This document shows positions 1 to 11,451 of a DNA stretch of 63,848 bases, piece by piece; position 1 is the first letter of the stretch, and each line of letters starts with the position of its first letter. The stretch is from Thecamonas trahens ATCC 50062 (Eukaryota; Protista; Apusomonadida): contig NW_013657668.1 of assembly GCF_000142905.1 (NCBI RefSeq), positions 482,644 through 546,491 on the forward strand. Direction: 5' to 3'. The position numbers and the translations under genes were made by a program. The notes beneath the pieces were generated by a model. That model was not told the origin of the DNA. It saw only the letters and a program-made list of their open reading frames with translations, and ran no database searches.

Positions 1-97
1 CCCCACCCCTGCAAAGAGTACGCACCACCGCCACCCTCCCCCCTCCCCCCTCCCCCCTCCCCCCCTCCCTCCCCAAACACCACTCACCCTACATACC

Positions 98-2418
98 ATG
101 GTCTTTTACGCGTAGTGGGCAAGAACGGATCCAAGCAGCTGCGTGAACCAGACCCTCGGGAGAGAGCGTCGGCGACGGCCGAGGACAACTTGGTCGCCGT
201 CTTCTCGCCCGAGTTTCGGCCCGAGACCAATACCATCTCGATGGACTCGTTTGAGGTTCTGAGGGAGATTGGTCATGGATCGTTCGGGCAAGTCAACTTG
301 GTACGGAAAAAGAGTAATGGCAAGATTTACGCCATGAAGCTCCTCGACAAGCAGTCTATTCTGGACACCGACGCTGTGGCCCAGTCAAAGGCCGAGCAAG
401 CGCTGCAGAACATCGCAGGCAAGCATCCGCTCATTGTCAACCTCCGCTTCGCCTTTCAGACCAACAAGCATCTGTGCATCGTCCTCGACTACGTCGGCGG
501 AGGTGACTTGTTCGACCATCTGAAGGTCGCTCGCCGCTTTGACGAGTCGCGCGCCCGGCTCTACGCCGCTGAGGTCTACGTCGGCCTCGAGTTTATGCAC
601 TCGATGAACATTGTGTACCGCGACCTCAAGATGGAGAACGTCATCCTCGACCGCGACGGACACATCCGCCTTGCCGACTTTGGCCTCGCCAAGGAGCTCT
701 CCAATCTCCATCGGACGTCGACGGTATGCGGGACGGCCGAGTACATGGCGCCCGAGGTTGTCGACACCTCGATCGAGTACGGTGTCGAGGCCGACTGGTG
801 GTCGTACGGTATTTTCGTCTTTGTTATGCTCTTTGGCAAGTACCCGTTCTCGGCCAAATCGCGCGCCGAGCTCAACGCCAAGGTCCTCACCAAGTCGATT
901 TCGTTCCCGGCCTCGGTCCCCGTCTCCAACGAGGTCAAGTCGCTCATCCGCGGCTTGCTTCACAAGAACCCGGCCAAGCGCATCTCCGGCCCTGTCATCC
1001 GCGACCACCCGTGGTTTGCCGGAATCGACTGGGACCGCGTCGCCAACCGCGGATATGACCCGCCGTTCAAGCCGACCCTCGATCCCGAGATCGAAGCCCT
1101 TCTCCTTGCCGCGCCGCAGCCCAAGTATGACGCCGACGTCCTCCCGCCTGCAGTCTCGGTGTCTCTGCCGAACTCGTCGTCGCGCTCGGGCAAGTCCCGC
1201 TCGCGCCGTTCCGGCCGCTCCTCGCGCTCGCGCAGAAGACGGCGTCACCACTCGTCGCGCTCGTCGTCGTCTTCGTCGACTCCGCCCACGCCGCCGTCGT
1301 CGTCGTCATCGCCGGCTCCGACTCCTGCCGCACCCGCCTCGACCACCTCCTCTGGCCGCCGCAAGCGCCGCAGGCGCCGCAAGCAAAAGTCGCCGTCGTC
1401 GTCTGGCTCGACCTCGCCGCCGCGCACCGTCTCGGCTGCTCAGTCGCCGTCGCCAGCCGCGAGCAAGCTCTCGGGCAGCCACTCAAAGTCGACGCCCAAT
1501 GTGACGGGCCATGAGTCGCCGACGCCGTCGTCGTCGTCGGGCCGCTCCCACCGGCGCCGGCGCCGGCACCGATCGTCCTACCGCGCCAAGAAGGAGTCGT
1601 CGTCACAGAGCAAGCCAGCATCGGCGCCGGCGCCGGCTCCGCCCACCTCGGCATCGGCATCCGAGTCTGACGAGTACGACGTTGACGATCCGCGCCTGCC
1701 CGACCGCACCGCCGTCGCTCCGCTGCCACCGCCGCCGTCGCCGTCGGCGGCTGCCAAGGCCGCGGCGGCCATTGCACCGTCGCCTTCGAGCTCCTCCGGT
1801 CACCTCTCACTCAATGCTTTTGCCGCCGCGGCGAGCGGTGACGCCGAAAGCAGGAACGGGCGGCGGCGTCGGAAGCGGCGCCACAAGCCGCTTAAGCCGT
1901 CGACGTCGACTATTGACACCAACTCGATCCGCGACCAGGCTGCTGTTGTGCCCGAGACCTCTGTCTTTAACCCCGACATCTCGCGGCCGGCGCCGACGCC
2001 AACAGCTCCCGACGATGATGATGACGACGAAGACACACCGCTGTTTTCGTCCGACGTCGGCGACGTTGTCGCCTCACACTCGACCATCGAGTTCTCCGAC
2101 TCGGACGTCTACGGCGCCGGCTACTCGTACGACGCCTCGCCGTCCGTCGTCACCGCCCCGCTCCCGGGAGTCACCGTCACTTCAGCAACTCCGGGGCCCG
2201 ACGCACCTGCAGGCTCGGGCCCGCCACATCCGCGGGCCGTCGCCAACTCGACCTACTCGTACTACTCTGGCGACGACGACGACGATGACGAGCCCACGTT
2301 CTCCATCTCGGACGAAGGTACACTCGCCGCACCTCGCCCGCGAACCACCGTCCATCCCAACTTTCGCCCGCATCCAGACGATGAGTACTCGTCTACAGAT
2401 GTCTTCTCCTCTTCGTAA
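98..2418 (+). CDS. AGC-family Ser/Thr protein kinase (S6K/Akt-like catalytic domain) with long low-complexity Ser/Pro/Arg C-terminal tail
   Basis: GHGSFG loop, YAMK, YRDLKMEN, DFG, TVCGTAEYMAPE, DWWSYG and AGC tail PPFKP. The ORF track starts at GTG 115. An ACCATG at 98 would be in frame if one G is missing (MGLLRVVGK...). The first in-frame ATG is at 241, so the start is uncertain. Confidence 0.92.
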
Positions 2419-2757
2419 TACTTGTGTAAGCCGTACCATCGTTCGCCCGCGTCACCACCGGCTTCCTGCCTCAACGTGAACACCATAGTGCCCTATTTAT
2501 CCCGCGGCCACCACCAGATTCCGGCCGATTGACCTGCCGTGCACATCATCAGTGCTCGGCCAGTTTGCCGGTCGGTTCTGCGGTGGGAAGCACTGCGCGC
2601 AAGTTGGCGCCCCCCCCCCCGTCCCCCCCCCCCGATTGATGAGTTTGTGGCGACGGCAGCCGCGTTGATCACGACGACAAGGCGCGGGCTGGGCCAGCCA
2701 CTTCACCCTCATTCCATTCCCCCCCAGGCCCTTTCCCCCTCCGCAGTCACACACCTC

Positions 2758-5700
2758 ATGCACATTGTGGTGAGCACATCCCCACTCCAGGGGTCGCAGT
2801 GGACTGAGAGCCATGTGGGAGTGAGCATGGCAGGCGTAGGAGGTGGCAGCCCAAGACAAGGCAGCAGCAGCAGCAGTGGTGGTGCGAGTGGTGCGAGTGG
2901 TGCGAGTGGTGCGAGTGGTGGCACAGCCAGCGGGTCGCCAAGGACCGGCTACAGGGGAAGCAGGTGGGAGGAACAGGGACAAGTACTTGGACTTGCACAT
3001 GGTCACTTTCTCTGTCTCTCTACTTGTGCAGATGCCATAGAGTTGGTTCATACACATACTGCATTCCCCCTGGCTAATAACGCCCTTCGTCTTGCCCTCC
3101 CTTGCCCCCTCGTGGCAAGGGCCTCCATCCAACTGGTGGCAGACTCGGGTCATGCATGGACTCTCTCTCCCTCTTCCTCCTCAACTCCTTGGATCAATGA
3201 CTCTCAGTCACATGCGCCACTTCCTCTCGACTCGCCATGCTCGCTCATTCTCCTCGCTCCGCTGGCTAATGGCTGTATTCTCCGTCTTGTCGTCCCGCTC
3301 CCGCTCCTCCGCTCGCTCCCGCCCGCACTCCCACCCGCTGCCTCGTCGGACATGGATCCGCTGAAGGCTGGCGACCACATGTTCTCGTTCTTCTCAGACT
3401 TGGCCTCTGCTGGCCTCCTTGGCTCGGACTTGGTCAAGCCGGTCGACGTGCTGGATGTGCTGGGCGATGCTGGCGCCGCAGTCCGTGACGAGTCTGGCGA
3501 GCCGGTGGAGGGCCTCGCCCTCACCGCCATGGACGTGCTCCCGCCTGACGCTGCAGAGCTTGTTGGCGAGCAGGACATTGTCCGTGTGGTCCAGAGCGCC
3601 ACGCCTGGTGCGCCGGCCTCGCTGGCTGTCTGCGGCCTCTCGGATGGCTCGCTGTGGCTGGCCGCGCTGCCCGGCCGCGGCGCCGCCGTCGAGGGCGCTG
3701 CTGTCAAGCTTCAGTCAGCCTCGCTCCTAGGCAAGATGTTTGGACTGCTCTCGACTCCATTTCGTTCCCGCAACCAGGCGCCGCCGCTCCTCTCGCTCCA
3801 CAAACTTCCCGGCGTGCCGTACGTGCTTGCTCTCTCTGCCGACCTTGTGTTCTCGCTCTGGTCGCTTGAGCAGCGGGCGGTTGTCGGCCGCTTCTCGCTG
3901 GCGCACCTGACCGACGACCCGGTCGAGCTCGGCGACGCGGGCATTCTCGACGACATTGTGTGCTCTGTGGTGCCCGACATCGACGATGAGACGACCTTTG
4001 CCATTGTCGTCTTTGTTCCACTCCTGGCCAACGCCTCGCCGGAGCTGGTTGCCTCGGCGCTCGCCGACGATCGGCCGGAGCTCTTTGTCTTTGCGCTCGA
4101 CATCTCGACGCTGCGTGCGGCCGACGACACCGCCGAGGCGACAGACGCCCTTCAGCTTCGTGCTGTCGAGTGCCAGTTCACCCGCGACCCTGCCGTGGCA
4201 GGCGCGCGCCCGGTCGATGTGCTCTACGACGCGCCGGCCGGTGCGCTCCACGTTCTCTACGCCATGCCGGCGTCGATGTCGGCTGACGGCTTCCAGATCT
4301 GGAGCTACACGCTCGACGGCTCGGCCTCGGTCCAGCCGTCGACTCTGGCAACGCATCTCGGCTCGCTCGACCACCTTGAGCTGCCCGGGCTCGACACCGA
4401 GCTCAACGCCAACGAGCTGCACAAGGTCTACGCCGGCGAGGTGTTTTACCCTGGCCGGTTTTCGGCGACGACGCTGGCGCTGGCGGTCCAGGCGTACCAC
4501 GGCTCGCGGATGAGCCTGCTCGAGGGGGCTGCTGCGCCAGCGCCGGCAGTCCTCCGCCAGGTGGCGAGCAACGCGGTGACGGCACATGCTGCTGCTGTTG
4601 CGGCGTCGGCCGGCGACAGCCCGGCGGCGTATGCCGAGGCTCTTGTTGCTGGCTGGGAAGCCATTCTTGAGCACTGCATCCGTCTGGCGCGGGCCGAGAC
4701 AGCGCCCCTGGCGCTTGGGCTTCTCCCGGCGATCGGCGTCGAGCCAGCCGGAGCGGTCGGGCTTGTGGTGCTGTGTTCCGGCGCACTGGCGGTGGCGTGC
4801 GAGGTCGGCCCGGCCACCGACGGCCTCTTTGCGCTCACCGAAGTGCCCGAGACCAACGTCGGCGTCCTGGAGCCTGCCGAGGCCGACGCGCGACTTGTTC
4901 ACCAGCTCGTCGACCTCATTGACGTGCAGCTCGGCGGGCCTGCGCGGGTCCGGTTCTTCCGGGCGCTTCTCCAGTCGCGCAACCCGCTCACTGCCGCCAT
5001 TCCAGACGTCGGCCAGCTGACCGAGTCGGAGGCTTCTGGGCGGTTTGTGCTCACGTTCCTCCGGTTGTGGCGCTCGCTTCACGACCCTGTGGCGGCGGTG
5101 CAGGGCGCGGTGGCGCGGTTGGTGGCAAGTGCGCAGGCGCTGACGCGCGAGCTCGAGGTTGTGCTTGCGCTCGGGGCCGAACAGGCGTTTTCGGCGTGCG
5201 CGCTGCAGAGTGCGGCGTTTGTGGCAAGCCGAAGCGTTCGCCAGGCGCGGGCGCTGCTGCTCACGCTCTACCTGGTGGCCCAGCTTCGCGACGACTCACG
5301 CTGCTCATCGGACGGCCACGAGGTCATGCTCTCGGAGGTTGTGCCGGCGACCGAGGTTGTGCTGATGCGGAGCGTGGTGGCGGCGGTGGTGGTGCGGGCG
5401 AGCAAGCACGGGCGTGGCGGGTGCGGCGCGCCGCTTGTCTCGGGCCTCTCGCAGGCGTCGGTGCTGGCGGTGCTGGCGGGCGAGGCTGGGTCGTGGCTTG
5501 TCCGTGAGCTGCTTGCGAGCGGCGAGGCGACCAACGCGCATGTGGTCCAGCGGCTGCTCGAATCGGAGGCGCTGCTGCGAGGGCCGGGCGAGGCCGGCGA
5601 GACCGGCTCGGCGCGGGCACAGCTGGTTGGTGAGGCATACCTCCACACTGGCGAGTTTGGCAAGGCACGCAATGCGTTCCGGCGGGTGGACGGCGACGTG

Positions 5701-6999
5701 AACTACTTTGCCGAGGTCATGCAAAAGTTTGACGAGAGCTACCAGCCGGACCTCGCGCTCGAGTTTGCTCAGGTGGCGCTCGGGTGTGCCGGCGAGTCGA
5801 GCGAGATGCGGGCTGTGCTCTGGTCGAACGTGTTCAAGCACGCATGTGCGCTCCACGACTACGACAGCGCTTACCTAGCGATTGCGTCGAACCCAGACCC
5901 CGAGCGGCGGCAGGACTGTCTGCGGCGGTTTGTGGTGGTTCTCTGCGAACTGGGCGAGGGCGTTCGGCTGTGCGAGTACCCGTTTGTGGGTCTGTGCGAG
6001 GAGGTCGAGGCGACGCTCCTCCGCAAGGGCCGGTCGGGCCACGCCAACTACTACGAGGTCCTCTACGCGTGGCACTGCTTCCGGTCCAACTTTCGGGCTG
6101 CGGCCGGCGCCATGTACGAGCGTGGGTGCATGGCGGCGACAGCCGACGACGCGCTGCGCGGGTACCTGGCGGCGGCGACGGCGCTCAACCTCGTCGGCGC
6201 CAGCTCGGCTTGGATTCTTCATCCGCGGCAGTGGCGGCACGCCGCCGACGGTGGCACCGGCAAGCGGCGGCACGAGAGTGTGACCCAGGTGAGCGACGAG
6301 CTGGCGATTGTGAGCTTGGCCGGCGTGACCATGGAGACGGCTATTGTGCGGGCGTGGGCGCTGCTCGGGACCGATGCGCGGCCGGAGGATGCCGACGGCG
6401 CAGTGTTGGCGCTGGCGACGAGCGGCTACATCGATGAGGCGTTTTTGCTCGCCAAGCTCTGCGACGCCTCGGTGGAGCCGGTCTTTGGCGTACTTGTGGA
6501 CAAGGCGATGGCGGCTGCGCCGTCGGCGACGGCAGACGCGGTTGTTCCGGGCTGGGAGCTCCCGCTCGGCGAAGAGTGGTGGGGCGCGCCGTCGCTGCGT
6601 GCGGCGCTCTGGCGGGTGATTCTGGACGGCCTCGCGCGGTACGACTCTCCGCAGACTGGGTTCCGATACCATCTTGTGGTGGCGCACTGCGTGCTTACGT
6701 TTGATCGACGGACGGCGCTTCCGCGGTCGCTGGTGGTCTCGTTGGTTGCGCCTGACGGGGCGGGGTCGGTCAACGTGGCCAACGTGGCGGCGCTTGCACG
6801 GCTCTACCTCTCATTTGGATGCGCAGGCGAGGCTGCCGCGCTCGCGCTCGAGTTTCTGGGCGGCGACGCCGGAAGTGCGGCAGCCAAAGCCGGGGTGGAG
6901 AGCTTTGGCGCGTGGCTCCCGTACCAAGTCCTCGACGAGATTGCGCTGTCCGAGGGCCAGGAGGAGTTCCGGGCTGCGATGGAGGCGCTGCTGGCGTGA
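2758..6999 (+). CDS. NUP160: Nuclear pore complex protein Nup160
   Basis: About 1410 aa. The C-terminal helical region LWSNVFKHACALHDYDSAYLAIASNPDPERRQDCLRRFVVVLCE...YPFVGLCEEVEATL...NYYEVLYAWH...NFRAAAGAMYE matches the Nup160 consensus. The N-terminal part is beta-propeller-like. ATG 2758 was chosen as the first in-frame ATG after the C-rich leader. Confidence 0.9.
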   Translation: MHIVVSTSPLQGSQWTESHVGVSMAGVGGGSPRQGSSSSSGGASGASGASGASGGTASGSPRTGYRGSRWEEQGQVLGLAHGHFLCLSTCADAIELVHTHTAFPLANNALRLALPCPLVARASIQLVADSGHAWTLSPSSSSTPWINDSQSHAPLPLDSPCSLILLAPLANGCILRLVVPLPLLRSLPPALPPAASSDMDPLKAGDHMFSFFSDLASAGLLGSDLVKPVDVLDVLGDAGAAVRDESGEPVEGLALTAMDVLPPDAAELVGEQDIVRVVQSATPGAPASLAVCGLSDGSLWLAALPGRGAAVEGAAVKLQSASLLGKMFGLLSTPFRSRNQAPPLLSLHKLPGVPYVLALSADLVFSLWSLEQRAVVGRFSLAHLTDDPVELGDAGILDDIVCSVVPDIDDETTFAIVVFVPLLANASPELVASALADDRPELFVFALDISTLRAADDTAEATDALQLRAVECQFTRDPAVAGARPVDVLYDAPAGALHVLYAMPASMSADGFQIWSYTLDGSASVQPSTLATHLGSLDHLELPGLDTELNANELHKVYAGEVFYPGRFSATTLALAVQAYHGSRMSLLEGAAAPAPAVLRQVASNAVTAHAAAVAASAGDSPAAYAEALVAGWEAILEHCIRLARAETAPLALGLLPAIGVEPAGAVGLVVLCSGALAVACEVGPATDGLFALTEVPETNVGVLEPAEADARLVHQLVDLIDVQLGGPARVRFFRALLQSRNPLTAAIPDVGQLTESEASGRFVLTFLRLWRSLHDPVAAVQGAVARLVASAQALTRELEVVLALGAEQAFSACALQSAAFVASRSVRQARALLLTLYLVAQLRDDSRCSSDGHEVMLSEVVPATEVVLMRSVVAAVVVRASKHGRGGCGAPLVSGLSQASVLAVLAGEAGSWLVRELLASGEATNAHVVQRLLESEALLRGPGEAGETGSARAQLVGEAYLHTGEFGKARNAFRRVDGDVNYFAEVMQKFDESYQPDLALEFAQVALGCAGESSEMRAVLWSNVFKHACALHDYDSAYLAIASNPDPERRQDCLRRFVVVLCELGEGVRLCEYPFVGLCEEVEATLLRKGRSGHANYYEVLYAWHCFRSNFRAAAGAMYERGCMAATADDALRGYLAAATALNLVGASSAWILHPRQWRHAADGGTGKRRHESVTQVSDELAIVSLAGVTMETAIVRAWALLGTDARPEDADGAVLALATSGYIDEAFLLAKLCDASVEPVFGVLVDKAMAAAPSATADAVVPGWELPLGEEWWGAPSLRAALWRVILDGLARYDSPQTGFRYHLVVAHCVLTFDRRTALPRSLVVSLVAPDGAGSVNVANVAALARLYLSFGCAGEAAALALEFLGGDAGSAAAKAGVESFGAWLPYQVLDEIALSEGQEEFRAAMEALLA

Positions 7000-7040
7000 G
7001 CGAGCGAGCGAGAGAGTGAGTGCGTGTGTGTCTTTTGTCT

Positions 7041-8860
7041 TTACGCGTAAATGGCGGCAGCAATGGCGACAACGCCGGCGACGGCGGCGAGGAGGCTTGC
7101 GGGGAGCGGGGAGGTGCCTGGTGCGGCCGAGCCGAGCTCAAACGGATACCACACGTCTGAGGGGAGCTCGGGAATGAGGTTCGGGTTGCGGGGAAAGACC
7201 TCGTCGGGGCGGGCGAGTCGGCGTCGATAAAGTTGGAGGACGAGGTGAGGACGAGGGCGAGCGGCGAGCCCGGGGCGACGTCGGTGACCGACCCGACAAT
7301 GTACTCCATCTGCGCGCCGATGATCTTGTGCTGCGGGTTGTTTGCGGCGCCACCAGCAACGGTGACAAAACCGTAGTGGACGCCGACGACCATGTTGGCA
7401 CACGTACCAGTGCCTTGGGCGGGCGTGGGCACTGCGTCAGGGAGGGCGATGTCGGTCCAGTCGGCCGGCGTGTCGGTCTCGGACGAGCCCCAGGCGGCGA
7501 CGACGTTGACGGTAGCGTTGGGCAAGAGGAGACTCACGAGCTTGTTCTGCAGCGCGGCGCAGTTTGCGAGCTCTGCGCGGTCGAGCTCGATTCTGCAGCC
7601 GAAGAGGGCGTCGGTGGCGTAGGCGAGATCTGCACGCGAGCCCGGGACGCCGAGGCTGGGCGCGATGCAGGCGCCAAAGGCGTCACCGGCGGCGAGGGTG
7701 AGGTCGACGGCGGTGATGGCGGTCGCCGCGGCCGCTGCCTTGAAGCCGCCGCGGACAGGCAGACCTGCAGCATAGCCAGGGTTGCCGGACTTGGCCACCG
7801 GGACGGTGCCGTCGGACGGGACAAAAGCGACGGCAAAGTCGGCGAGGTACGAGAAGGAGGCGTTTGCCGAGGCGCCTGCAGCCGAGACGACGACGTCAAA
7901 GTTGAGCGAGGCGGCCGAGACAAGCATGTCGCCGGTGTAGGCGACGGTGAGACCGACAGAGACGACGAGGTTGCGGCAGCCGCCGGCGTCGGCGTATGCG
8001 ATAGCGGCGTCGGAGGGGCAGGCGACGATGGCGCGGGAGGCGCGGTCGGTCGAGTCGTAACACGTGACGGTGCCAGCGGTGATCGGGATGATTGCGGCCG
8101 GCGCAGCCGACGACGACGGCGATGGGAGGATGCCGTAGTCAAGCCAGCGTGCAGCCGACGCGGCGGCGCAGCCGGAGTAGGTTGTGGCGGACGTGGCGGC
8201 CGGGTCGAGAGTCCGGACGCAGGAGGAGGCGGACGCGGAGAGAAAGGCGGGCGCGGCTGAATCGTCACACGCAGCGGCGGGGCCTGCTGCGACAGGGCCG
8301 AGGACACGAGTGGTTGCGCCTGCGGCCGCGGTGGGCGCGGCGAGGAGTGGGGCGCCTGGCGGGTAGCGAGTGGCGGCGGCGACGCCTGGCGAGGCCGGGT
8401 CCTGGAACAGAGGGGCGGAGCTTGCAGCGAGGAGGGCCGAGGCAGCACCAGTATTGAGCGGCGAGGGCGGCGGCGGGAAGAAAAAGCCGTCCGAGGGATA
8501 GTTGTCGGTGGTGACGCAGAGGAGGTCGCCGAACCACGAGGCGTCGAGCCCGTTGGTGGCGCGGACCTTGTCGCGGTTGACGCAGAGGCGCGAGGCAGCC
8601 GGGTCGAGGCCTGGCGTGGAGGCACACGCAATGCCAGAGGCATTGAAGTATTCGAGAATGGGCGTGGTGCATGACGGGTCGCAGCAGCAGCCGACGTCGC
8701 ACATGCCGCCGGTCACGTCGCAGGGGCAGGCGCCAAAGTCGGTCCCGCCCGGGGCGACTACCGCCGCACCGTCGGCACTCTGCGCAAGGGCAACAAGAGC
8801 AACAACAACTGCAAGCGCAAGTGCCCCATGAAGACACACTCCCACACGGTGTGTTGCCAT
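7041..8860 (-). CDS. TCTN: Tectonic (ciliary transition-zone protein); one-base frameshift near 7207
   Basis: Signal peptide, CPCDVTGGMCDVGCCCDPSC motif, SGNPGY..GLP motif, and in the next frame a PELPSDVWYPF C-terminal motif plus hydrophobic tail ending at TAA 7041-7043. About 606 aa after restoring one C. Confidence 0.88.
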
Positions 8861-9455
8861 GGTGGGTTGGTGGTACGTGTGTGTGTGCGGGGCGAGAGGG
8901 GGGGGGGGCGGTGGGGAGGGCGTGGAGTGTGGTGGTGGTGGTTGATCGCGATCGCGCGCGGTTTGGCGCGCGAATGGGGCGGCCAAGGGGGGGTGTGGAA
9001 CCCGCTTCAAGGCCGTAGGAGAGGTAGAGGAAAGGGTTGAGAATGAAGATGACAAAGAATGTATGTATGGTGGTACATAGCATGTGATGGGATTTTGGAG
9101 TCTGCGGTAGCGGTATCGGGGGATGTGGAGGCGAAGCAGGCGTGTGATGAGCGAGCGAGTGCATCAGGAAAAAGGTCGTGAACTTGCGAGTGATCGATCT
9201 TGATCGGGAGCGGCTTTTGGCAACCGGTGGCCATTCTTGACGCGCGTGCGGGGGAGTATGTGGATGAGGGTGCCGTGTTAGGGAGGCGAGGGTGTGGCAT
9301 GGAGGAAGGCGATGGGAGGGAATGGGCGGGGGAGTGGGCATGGTGGCAAGGGGAAAGGGACGGGGGGTAGGGAGGGAGGAGGGAGGGGGGGGTAGGGGGG
9401 GTGCGCGGGTAACTGATGTGCGCGGGTGATGGTGGTTATGGGCGGTGGTGTAGTA

Positions 9456-10610
9456 ATGGGCGCGCGAGGCAGCGATGCTGGGGCGGATGGGTCGACGGTG
9501 AAGGCGGTGAAGGCGGTGAAGGCGGGAGGCAAGTCGGGACGGGGCCGGCGGAGTCGGGCGAGCTCGACGTCCAAGGCTGCAGCTCGGGAGATGCTTGGCG
9601 GGCGGGCGAAGATTCTGAAGATTCCGTTTGAGAAGCTGCGCAAGCTGCAGGCTGTGGGCTCTGGCCAGTTTGCGCTTGTGTACCGGGCCGAGTGGCGGTC
9701 GTCGCGAGCGCCAGGCCAGAAGAAGCGGCAGTTTGTGGCGATCAAGTTTGCCAAGAAGAACATGCTTGATCAGCGTGACTTGCTCAAGGAGATCCGGCTG
9801 CTGTCACGGCTGCAGCACCCTAACGTGATGCGGATCTACGGAGTGACGACGGACCACAAGGGGCGGCGTGGAGCGGTGATGCAGTACATTCCGTGGTCGC
9901 TGGTCAAGGTGCTCGACAAGGTGGATCCTGTGCGTGTGGCACTGGACGTGGCCAAGGCGCTCAAGTACCTGCACGAGCGCAAGTTCCTGCACATGGATCT
10001 CAAGCCGGACAACGTGCTGATCACGACGAGCGGGCGGGCGGTGCTGTCTGACTTTGGGCTCGCCGGGCGTGTGGGCCTGACGACGCCTGCGGGCGGGGCC
10101 GGGACGCGCGGGTACATGGCACCCGAGGTGCGTGACGTTGACGTAGCGGGGCGGCCGCGGTACTCGTATCCTGTGGACGTGTACTCATTTGGCAAGCTGC
10201 TTGTGGACCTCAAGGCGTACAATGAGGCGACGCCTGAGGCGCTCAAGAAGCTCGCCAAGCGGTGCATCAAGACTGAGGCGTCAGAGCGGCCTACGTTCCG
10301 GCAGATTGTCAAGTTTCTGAAGAAGCTGCGGCTGATGTCGCCGCCGCCACAGTTTTCGTCGTCGGGCGAGGTGCTGTCGTCGGCACCGTCGCGGTCTGCG
10401 GGCGATCCGCGCGGCTCGGGCGGCCTTGCGCCGTACTCGCTGGCGGCCGGCCCGTCGTCGCTCGCCTTTGCCTCACCGGCCTCGTCGTCCGACTCGACGT
10501 CGAGCGAGAGCAAAGGAGCAAGCACCAGCAGTAGTTCGAGCGAGTCGAGCAGCTCGAGCTCGAGTTCGAGCTCCAGCAGCGAGTCGAGCAGCTCGAGCAC
10601 GTCGTCGTGA
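9456..10610 (+). CDS. TKL-like protein kinase (non-RD), Ser-rich tail
   Basis: GSGQFA, VAIK, EIRLLSRLQHPNV, HMDLKPDN, DFG, GTRGYMAPE, DVYSFG, RPTF. The start is uncertain (9426/9429/9438/9456). Confidence 0.88.
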   Translation: MGARGSDAGADGSTVKAVKAVKAGGKSGRGRRSRASSTSKAAAREMLGGRAKILKIPFEKLRKLQAVGSGQFALVYRAEWRSSRAPGQKKRQFVAIKFAKKNMLDQRDLLKEIRLLSRLQHPNVMRIYGVTTDHKGRRGAVMQYIPWSLVKVLDKVDPVRVALDVAKALKYLHERKFLHMDLKPDNVLITTSGRAVLSDFGLAGRVGLTTPAGGAGTRGYMAPEVRDVDVAGRPRYSYPVDVYSFGKLLVDLKAYNEATPEALKKLAKRCIKTEASERPTFRQIVKFLKKLRLMSPPPQFSSSGEVLSSAPSRSAGDPRGSGGLAPYSLAAGPSSLAFASPASSSDSTSSESKGASTSSSSSESSSSSSSSSSSSESSSSSTSS

Positions 10611-10685
10611 CCATGTGAGATGATGGCCACTGAAGGCCGTAAACTCTTCTGACCGACCAGTGGCAGCCGAGAGCAGCAGCGTTTG

Positions 10686-11141
10686 TCATGAGTCGTCGTC
10701 GTCGTCGTCTTCGGCGTCGACAGTGGGGGCATCCGCCTCTACGCGGAGGCCAAGGCGATCGACCATAGCCATATGGTAGAACGAGGTGGCGAGGGCGGCG
10801 GCAGCGAGAGCGAGCGGGCCGGCGAGGCGCGGACGGACCATGTAGGCACGGACGCCCGAGACGCCCGTGACGACCGATGAGACGGCGATGGAGAAGGACA
10901 TGGCAGATGCAAGGGCAGCATCGTCTTCGGCCACATACGTGTCTCTGATCATGAGGCCGGCCATCCCACACGCGCCCGCAAGAACGCCCGAGGTCAGAGC
11001 CACCGGGACCGAGGCCGACCGCAGCAGCGAGAGACCGGCGTGGGTGGCCAGGACCGAGCCCAGCGCCCATGACCCGCCACCGGGAGCCGCCACAAAACCC
11101 TCTTCCATCCGTTCCACCCATTGGGGAGGGGAGCTAGCCAT
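10686..11141 (-). CDS. Small multi-pass membrane protein, TMEM14-like
   Basis: 151 aa from ACCATG. It has 3-4 small-residue hydrophobic helices (RSASVPVALTSGVLAG..., SVVTGVSGVR..., PLALAAAALATSFY) in a pattern resembling the Tmemb_14 family, and an acidic tail. Confidence 0.55.
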   Translation of the reverse strand: MASSPPQWVERMEEGFVAAPGGGSWALGSVLATHAGLSLLRSASVPVALTSGVLAGACGMAGLMIRDTYVAEDDAALASAMSFSIAVSSVVTGVSGVRAYMVRPRLAGPLALAAAALATSFYHMAMVDRLGLRVEADAPTVDAEDDDDDDS

Positions 11142-11264
11142 GGTGTTGTGTGTTTGGGGTGTGGGGAGCGAGGTGGGGTTGGGGCTGAGGCTGAGGTGAG
11201 CGACAGCCGGAGCAAGGTGGGGCACGACTCCCGACTGGGTGGTTACTGTTGTGTGGGCCTGCGG

Positions 11265-11365
11265 GTGTGATCGTTACGGTGTGTGGGCTATGTGTGTGAT
11301 CGCTATGGTATGTGGGGAGTGTGATCGCTATGGTGTGTGTGGTGTGTGTGTGTGATTGCTATGGT
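11265..11365. repeat. Degenerate repeat, four copies of GTGTGATYGYTAYGGT in a GT-rich background
   Basis: Copies at about 11265, 11294, 11319 and 11350, between divergently transcribed genes. Confidence 0.6.
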
Positions 11366-11451
11366 CGGTTGGGTATGATCATGGTGCCTATCGATTACTC
11401 GTTGGCCACACTCAGCTAATCACTGCTGGCACCGGTTGTCTCTCGTTGGCC

